Of a stretch of DNA of 5,471 bases, positions 1 to 5,471 are shown in pieces. Position 1 is the first letter of the stretch, and the number at the start of each line of letters is the position of its first letter. Source of the stretch: Takakia lepidozioides (lineage: Eukaryota; Plantae; Bryophyta); assembly GCA_030704615.1 (NCBI GenBank), contig JAKLZA010000379.1, forward strand, positions 1 to 5,471, given 5' to 3'. The position numbers and the translations under genes were made by a program. The notes under the pieces were generated by a model that was given only the letters and a program-made list of their open reading frames with translations, was not told the DNA's origin and searched no databases.

Positions 1-397
1 CGCTGCTCGGGATCGGGTGGGTGTACGTGCTGCAGCTAGCTCCTCGGACTCTTCCTGCGGCTCTTCGGATTCCTGCGATCCCTCCAGCACGTCCACCTTT
101 CCTGTTAGGCATGCAAACATGTTCTGCATTCAAGTCTCCTAGCATTCAGTCTAAGAATTACAGAAGCAAAATGGGGGTTCGGTGCTCGATCAGCTGCGCG
201 CAGTCCGATCGCATGGACTCTTCTCTCACTGGGGCTGGGTTGCCTGAGTGGCCTGCTGCTCGATATGGCAATCTCCTCCTGTAGACGCATCTGCTTCCTC
301 CCCTTCGGCATTGCCTACGTCCGAAAGTATAATTTTCCGGAGCTGCTACGAGGTCTTCTGGCGGTGCACGAACTCCCCCCCTCTCAGGTTCGAGCAT
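1..397 (-). CDS. Hypothetical acidic low-complexity protein, probably spliced, 3'-partial
   Basis: Minus-strand frame from 99 to 1 reads KVDVLEGSQESEEPQEESEELAAARTPTRSRAA and is open off the edge. A donor CCA|GTGAGA at 229 joins in frame either ATG397 (MLEPERGGVRAPPEDLVAAPENYTFG…) via acceptor TGCAG at 124, or ATG311 via acceptor AACAG at 102. A CT-rich leader (398-455, minus strand) precedes ATG397. No domain recognised. Confidence 0.4.
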
Positions 398-550
398 AAG
401 AAGAACAGATAGAGGGAAAGGGCCAAAGAGTGCAGATGGAAAGGCGCGAGAGGGGTGACTCGAGGAGAACACGACAAAAGTAGATGAAACGGCGGTGATG
501 CACCACTTGGGTTCGAAAGGGTTGGACGAAAGTGTCTCCTCGTGGAGTTT

Positions 551-708
551 GCGTCATTACGAAATTCGAATCGTTGAGGGTACGCCCTGCCGTCCGAAAA
601 ACAAACATCATTACTCTAACGTCAGGCCGCGCCGCCTCACTGCCCCTTCAGGTAGATAGAGTGCCGACATGTGCAGCAATTCCGTTGTCCACCTGTTCAT
701 CCACGTGT
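551..708 (-). promoter_or_regulatory. Possible promoter elements for the minus-strand gene: two TGACG motifs and a G-box
   Basis: GCGTCA 551-556 and ACGTCA 619-624 (TGACG on the minus strand), plus CACGTG 702-707, upstream of a pyrimidine-rich leader. These are short motifs and could be chance. Confidence 0.2.
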
Positions 709-1513
709 TCAAGGTATTTCCTCCCCAGCGTCTGATCAGTTGGAGCGAAAAATGCGAATGCGGCGCCGCATTTCCGTTAAGTACCATCACTAAGCTACAC
801 ATCCGTACTTGTTGGAAAAATGCGGCACCGCATTTCCGTTCCACCTTCACATACCTTAGGTTGTTGAACGGAAATACGGTGCCGCATCTTCCGAAGAATG
901 AGCACCCATTTCAGTTTCCCGTGGTTCATGATTTTCAATGTGAACGGAATGCGGTACCCCGACCGCATTTCCGTTCACCACTTCACATACTTTTGATGAT
1001 GAATGGAAATGCCGTGCCACATTCCGTTCGGGAAAGTATAGAGGTCTCACCTGGACAGAAATGCGGTGCCGCATTTCCGGACCGGAAAGTTTGAAGGTCT
1101 CACATGGATGGAAATGCGGCAACACATTTTCGTAGCACAGCTCCAGGCCCAATATAGAAAACGGAAATGCGGCGCCGCATTTCCGTTCTATAATGTCGGA
1201 AGGTTGCGACTCGAACGGAAATGCGGTGCCGGATTTCTGTTCCCGTTGCGCACGATTTTTTCAGTCAGAATGGAAATTGCGGTACCGCATTTCCGTTCTG
1301 TAGAGTTTAACGTCTGACGCTGGCGGAAATGCCGGCCGCATTTTCGTTCCACAGCTCCAGCTCACATACAAAACGAAATGCGGCGCGCATTCCGTTTTGG
1401 AATGTCGGAAGGTGCGACTCCGACGGAATGCGGTACCGCATTTCAGTTCCGATGTTTCAGGATATTTCATCAGAACGGAAATGTGGTGCCGCATTTCCCT
1501 TTTGAATCTAATA

Positions 1514-1725
1514 CATTCCGTTTTGGAATGTTGGGAGGTGCGACTCGGATGGAAAATGCGCTGCCGCATTTCAGTTCCGACGGTTCACGATTTTCAGTCA
1601 GAACGGAAATGCGGTACCGCATTTCCGTTCTGGAATGTTGGTAGGTGCGACTCGGATGGAAATACGGTGCCGCATTTTAGTTCAGATGGTTCACGATTTT
1701 CAGTCAGAACGGAAATGCGTTGCCG
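1514..1725. repeat. Tandem duplication of a two-unit block (106 bp x2)
   Basis: …GGAATGTTGG(G/T)AGGTGCGACTCGGATGGAAA…GGTTCACGATTTTCAGTCAGAACGGAAATGCG… occurs at 1514-1619 and 1620-1725. Confidence 0.9.
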
Positions 1726-1801
1726 CATTTCCGTTCTGGATAGTATGAATGTCTCAAGCGGTCGGAATTGCGCTGTATGAAGCTGTCGGAATCGCACTCG
1801 G

Positions 1802-2338
1802 CTCCATGCATCAGATACAAAATGGAAATGCGGCGCCGCATTTCCGTTCTGGAATGTCGAAAAGTGCGACTCGGACGGAAATGCGGTGCCGCATTTCTGT
1901 TCCCGTTGTTCATAAATCTCAATCAGAACGGAAATGCGGTACCGCATTTCCGTTCCACCTTCACATACCGTGCTTGTTGAATTGAAAATGCGGTTACCGC
2001 AATTTCCGTTCTGGAGAATATGAATGTCTTTTAAGGACGGAAATGTGCTGCAAGCATTTCAATCCCTCAGCTCCATGCATCAGATACAAAATGGAAATGC
2101 GGCGCCGCTTTTCCGTTCTGAAATGTCGAAAAGTGCGACTCGGACGGAAATGCGGTGCCGCATTTCTGTTCCCGTTGTTCATAAATCTCAATCAGAACGG
2201 AAATTCGTACCGCATTTCCGTTCGACCTTCACACCTACCGTGCTTGCTGGATGGAAATGCGTTACCGCATTTCCGTTCTGGAGAGTATAAAGGTTTCCCC
2301 CGGACGGAAACTCGGTGCCGCCGGCATTTCCGTCGCTC
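1802..2338. repeat. Higher-order tandem duplication of a five-unit block (~268-269 bp x2)
   Basis: GCTCCATGCATCAGATACAAAATGGAAATGCGGCGCCGC begins at 1802 and again at 2070. The following ~150 nt are nearly identical (centres 1834/2103, 1887/2156, 1940/2208); the later part is more diverged. Confidence 0.93.
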
Positions 2339-2896
2339 TGGTGCATGACCAAGATGCAATACGGAAATGCGGCGCCGTATTTCCGTCCACCAGCAATCGA
2401 AAGAATCACTCGGACGGGAAATCTGGAACCTCAATGGGTTGCATTGTTCCGAAACAACACAATTGCGGCCAGTCTTGATGAGCACAACTTGGTTGTCTGA
2501 CCGTTTTAACCAGCAGTCCTGGCACTTGTCAGTGCGAACGTTCCTGTCTGCACCGAGAATACTGCTGGATCCACCCTCAGGAGAAACTGTCAGGAGATGT
2601 TATTTCGTCGCCGAATCGGCCATCATTGTCATACTCACTGGCTATGGAATCAAACCTCCCACCTTCATGCATGTAGCTTGAAACAATACTTTCCACTTCA
2701 ATGTGCGACTTCCAATCGTCGATGGACTCCGCAGATCCACTTAGATGGTGCCTGTGAGCCTTGGTCTGTCGCTATACTGAACCTCGCACTTGCCAACTCC
2801 GTGCGGTGTTCGATGGCTCCGAATTCCTACGCTAATAGTTTGCTGTCCTCCGCAACTTGGGAGAGCCTGGATCCCAAACGAGGGAGGACTTTGCAG

Positions 2897-3009
2897 AGTG
2901 ACTGAAACTTACCTTTGTTCCAAATTCAAGCTCAAACCGGGCACAGTTTATTTGGAAGAAGAAAGGAAGGATGTTCCTGGACAGGTTGACGAGACCATTG
3001 TCGTGCTAG
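2897..3009 (+). CDS. Candidate upstream exon of the transposase gene (VTETYLCSKFKLKPGTVYLEEERKDVPGQVDETIVVL)
   Basis: Bounded by acceptor-like TTTGCAG (ends 2896) and donor-like AG|GTAACG (3010). A 52-nt intron 3010-3061 ending in TTCCCCCCTCCCCCGTCAG would join it in frame to DTILYRAVGMPIP… of the main frame. Confidence 0.35.
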
Positions 3010-3564
3010 GTAACGACGGAGGTTGCGGAATCGAATGGCACGTTCCCCCCTCCCCCGTCAGACACCATCCTGTACCGAGCTGTGGGAATGCCCATTCCCT
3101 TTCCGAATCAGTCGCTGCCCACACCATCCACAAAGGAGTCCGGAAACCGAGAGGCGGCCACTGCCAACAGAGAGGTATGCAACGATAATCATTCCCGACC
3201 TGGACCGTCAAGACCCTCCATAGCTTCTCGTGTGGACGTATTCGACATTTCCGACGAGGAAGATGATTGCATTGAGGTACCCATGTCCTCCACACGGTCG
3301 TTCAAATCCGGCATGGACGTCTCTGTAGGTGCTACGCATGTGCCCTCGAGCATAACTCCAACCCGGTCCATTGTGCAGCTCCTACGACAACATCACCTCG
3401 ATGGTTCTCGCTCCGAGCTGGCTGCTCTCGACTATGCCAAATTCCCAGTCAGAAAGGTAACGTTTCTGCCTCCCGAAGTCGATGGCAATGTCATCTTCGA
3501 GTTTCCACCTGTTTCTTCGTCAAAGAAAGCCTCCGGGATGTTAACAGACATGGATCGAAAGCAT

Positions 3565-3903
3565 GACGGACACCCCTGGTGTGTGACGAAGACCAGTAGC
3601 ACGAAAATTGCTGATGGTGTTCGTGTACGATATGTCCTCTGTGCGGGGAAGCTGAGGTGCCTCAATCCCACCTGCTTCCACTTTCTCTCCAAAGGAGGGC
3701 GGAGAAACGAGACGGATTAGACTGGCACAACGCATCATCCATTCATTGTCTCCAGCCAAGCTCCTGCGGGTTCTTTCAAGTGTGCACATTGCAAAGAACC
3801 ACCGACGTGCATGTCCATGTGCAGAGCCAAGCAATATTACGTAATCCATTTGCTCCCGGACTTGACTAGAGCTTGCATACACGTTGGGGTCCACTGCCAC
3901 CCC
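3565..3903 (+). other. GCM-like (WRKY-GCM1 superfamily) zinc-binding DNA-binding domain coding segment
   Basis: Reads DGHPW…CAGKLRCLNPTC…CAHC…C…C…HVGVHCHP. This resembles the GCM pattern DGW…CLGVVVC…CPNC…C…GEHDHP. Recognised by eye, not by HMM. Confidence 0.65.
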
Positions 3904-4914
3904 TTGGCGAGAGGCAACATGCGTGAGGCTGTGCAGGAAGCACACGACATCATAAAAGAGGAGGTCAAATTGAGCCCCGGAGCCAGACCAAAGCAGATTC
4001 AGCTGAAGGCAGCCCACAAGATTGCTCTTGGCAAAATCATGTCTGAAGATGGTTCCGACCGAGAGCCCTTGACCGAAGACGAGATGCGTGACCTCTTGGA
4101 GTCCGTCTCGCACGTTTGTAGTCCGAATGTGCGGAATCACATCGTATCTTGCAAGCAGGAGTTCGGCAGGGGGTCGGACATGTACTCAATCCTGGAGGTG
4201 AAACGAATGACTGGATATGACTACATCCAAGGTAGCAGGTTTCCAGGGCAAGGCAGCGAATCCGATCGTTGTTACATTTTTAAAATGTCGACGTGTGGGC
4301 CTGGGAGTGGAGTCGACTTGGTCACTCGCATGACAACTGGAAACTTGTCGAATGCTTGGGTGATGTTTGATCACATCAAGCGAATTACAAACCATCAGTG
4401 GGTGACTATGGGTGCGCATGTTTATGACTATCACTCCAAGAGGCTCATGACGATTGCAATCTGCGAGATGAAAGGGGAGGACACACAGTCCGAGATGCAT
4501 CTGTGGGAGGGCATAAACGAGCAGATGGCAAGGGCGGGATTGTCAGAGCCCAATTTCAGGGGATTCATGGCAGACAACGCTCAGGCCAACTGGGCAGCGG
4601 TGCGGCGTGTGTACGGTGAGGACCCCAATGTTCCAATGGAGGGGAAAGAGAGATCCTGTGGATTCCATTGGATGCAGAGTCTATCCCACTACACTACCAA
4701 ATTTGTTGCTAGCTCATTCCAGGCTGAACACCGTGTCCTTTGTACGGCGTGGAAGGATGCACCCACATTTGATGACGCGGAGGTTAAGTTTGCTATCATC
4801 GAGGCTTGGTGGAACACGTCAGGTGCAGTGGAGACAACCAATCTAGGAGCATTGCACAGCTGGTTGGGGTGGTGGCATTTTTGGTATCGACAGTTCGGAC
4901 AGTACATGCGGGAG

Positions 4915-4997
4915 GTAGGCTGCTGTCAATTTTGTTCATTTGTCTTTCTGTTACGGACATTTCGATTGGTCCCTCACCATTGTTTGTGTCCTTCTAG
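4915..4997 (+). other. Spliceosomal intron, 83 nt, phase 0
   Basis: Donor GAG|GTAGGC, T-rich body, acceptor TGTCCTTCTAG|GAG. Removal shifts translation into the frame encoding the catalytic-Glu motif (ERCLDSDTDMPNTNMAESVH), which stays open to 5471. Confidence 0.9.
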
Positions 4998-5471
4998 GAG
5001 CGGTGCTTGGATTCCGACACGGACATGCCGAACACGAATATGGCAGAATCGGTCCACTCCTCCTGGCGAGCGTCTTTTGTCGCACATCTGGTGGACGTAG
5101 TGACGGCCACAACGGAGGACATCGACAGAGCAATCATGCAGCAAGCCACATACTACAAGTTCCTGAGCGGCAAACAATGGGGCTTTAGGCCGGACAGGGA
5201 GGAATTGTTGGTACGAACAGCTTCGAGGTCCAAGAATCCACTGAAATGGGCGACAGCATTGCGAGAGAAGATCAAAGGGACGCCTCTGCACCGCAGAGGT
5301 GAACACCTAGAGGGGGACGTCCGGACTCGCCCTGTCAGGCGGAGGATTGAAGAGGAACCCGGGTGCGAAGAGGATTCCTGGAGATCCAACAGGAACATTC
5401 GGACAGCACCTCGAGGTCCCGTCATGTTGCCGCACAATGTGTCTTCCAGCAGTGGAAGCCCAAGAAATTCC

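Larger units (their letters stand above)
752..2424. repeat. Array of ~30 interspaced palindromes, consensus (AAC)GGAAATGCGGYRCCGCATTTCC(GTT), period ~53 bp
   Basis: Palindrome centres read by eye at about 764, 826, 880, (903 degenerate), 955, 1015, 1067, 1120, 1173, 1227, 1283, 1335, 1384, 1434, 1487, 1562, 1615, 1668, 1721, 1834, 1887, 1940, 1995, 2049, 2103, 2156, 2208, 2263, 2316 and 2373, with a truncated half-site near 2415. Confidence 0.97.
740..5471 (+). mobile_element. Probable Mutator/foldback-like DNA transposon (repeat array plus transposase); boundaries undetermined
   Basis: A MULE transposase lies ~0.5 kb from a modular repeat array, as in Mutator-superfamily elements with foldback-type or subterminally repetitive ends. 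No second end or TSD is visible, so the left boundary is a guess. Confidence 0.55.
3082..5471 (+). pseudogene. Mutator-like (MULE) DDE transposase with N-terminal GCM-like zinc domain; one premature TAG; 3'-partial. Model: join(3082..4914,4998..>5471); the true start may lie further upstream
   Basis: ORFs 3082-3720 and 3811-5100 share a frame and are separated only by TAG 3718-3720 (…RRNETD*TGTTHHPFIVSSQAPAGSFKCAHCKEPPTCMSMCRAKQYY…). MULE-type motifs: WVMFD (D at 4369-4371), GFMAD (D at 4573-4575), CGFH (CxxH, 4657-4668) and, after splicing, PNTNMAESVH (E at 5046-5048). The last exon is open for 158 codons to the window end. Confidence 0.85.

Noticed and set aside
21-284. Plus-strand 87-aa ORF
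   Set aside because: Non-ATG start and no motifs; the minus strand has better splice and composition signals.
700-760. Transposon terminus / TSD
   Set aside because: Cannot be defined without the other end of the element, which is outside the window.
752-2424. Bona fide CRISPR array
   Set aside because: Spacers are reused in a higher-order pattern, repeats are degenerate throughout, no cas genes are visible, and the context is intron-containing eukaryotic DNA.
669-2485. Many short ORFs with recurring KCGAAF / NAVPHF / EMRRRIS peptides
   Set aside because: They are translations of the palindrome, appear in all frames on both strands, and are broken by frequent indels.
2659-2713. Short matches to spacer A (CCACCTTCA) and spacer E (GTGCGACT) outside the array, as possible targets
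   Set aside because: Only 8-9 nt long, with no palindrome; compatible with chance.
3189-4907. Antisense and alternate-frame ORFs over the transposase (e.g. 3541-4140 minus, 4186-4500 minus)
   Set aside because: Shadow ORFs of the real coding frame with no recognisable motifs.
3082-5100. Two separate genes (212 aa and 429 aa)
   Set aside because: They share a frame, the zinc-ligand pattern spans the stop, and the intervening 30 codons are open; this is one gene.

Overview
Eukaryotic DNA (GT-AG introns), possibly from a non-seed land plant; the taxon is inferred from my recollection of similar proteins, not from a search. The window has three parts. (1) 1-~400: probable 5' part of a minus-strand gene for an acidic, low-complexity protein that runs off the left edge. 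(2) ~750-2420: an array of about 30 copies of the palindrome (AAC)GGAAATGCGG-YR-CCGCATTTCC(GTT), mostly ~53 bp apart, separated by five recurring spacer types in a higher-order pattern. (3) ~2900-5471: a plus-strand Mutator-like (MULE) DDE transposase gene with an N-terminal GCM-like Cys/His zinc domain. It has one in-frame TAG at 3718-3720 and an 83-nt intron at 4915-4997, and it runs off the right edge. Most interesting point: each palindrome half-site contains ATGCGG, the core of the established GCM-domain binding site (ATGCGGGY). The array may therefore be a helically phased binding platform for the GCM-type transposase encoded beside it, lying between two divergent genes.
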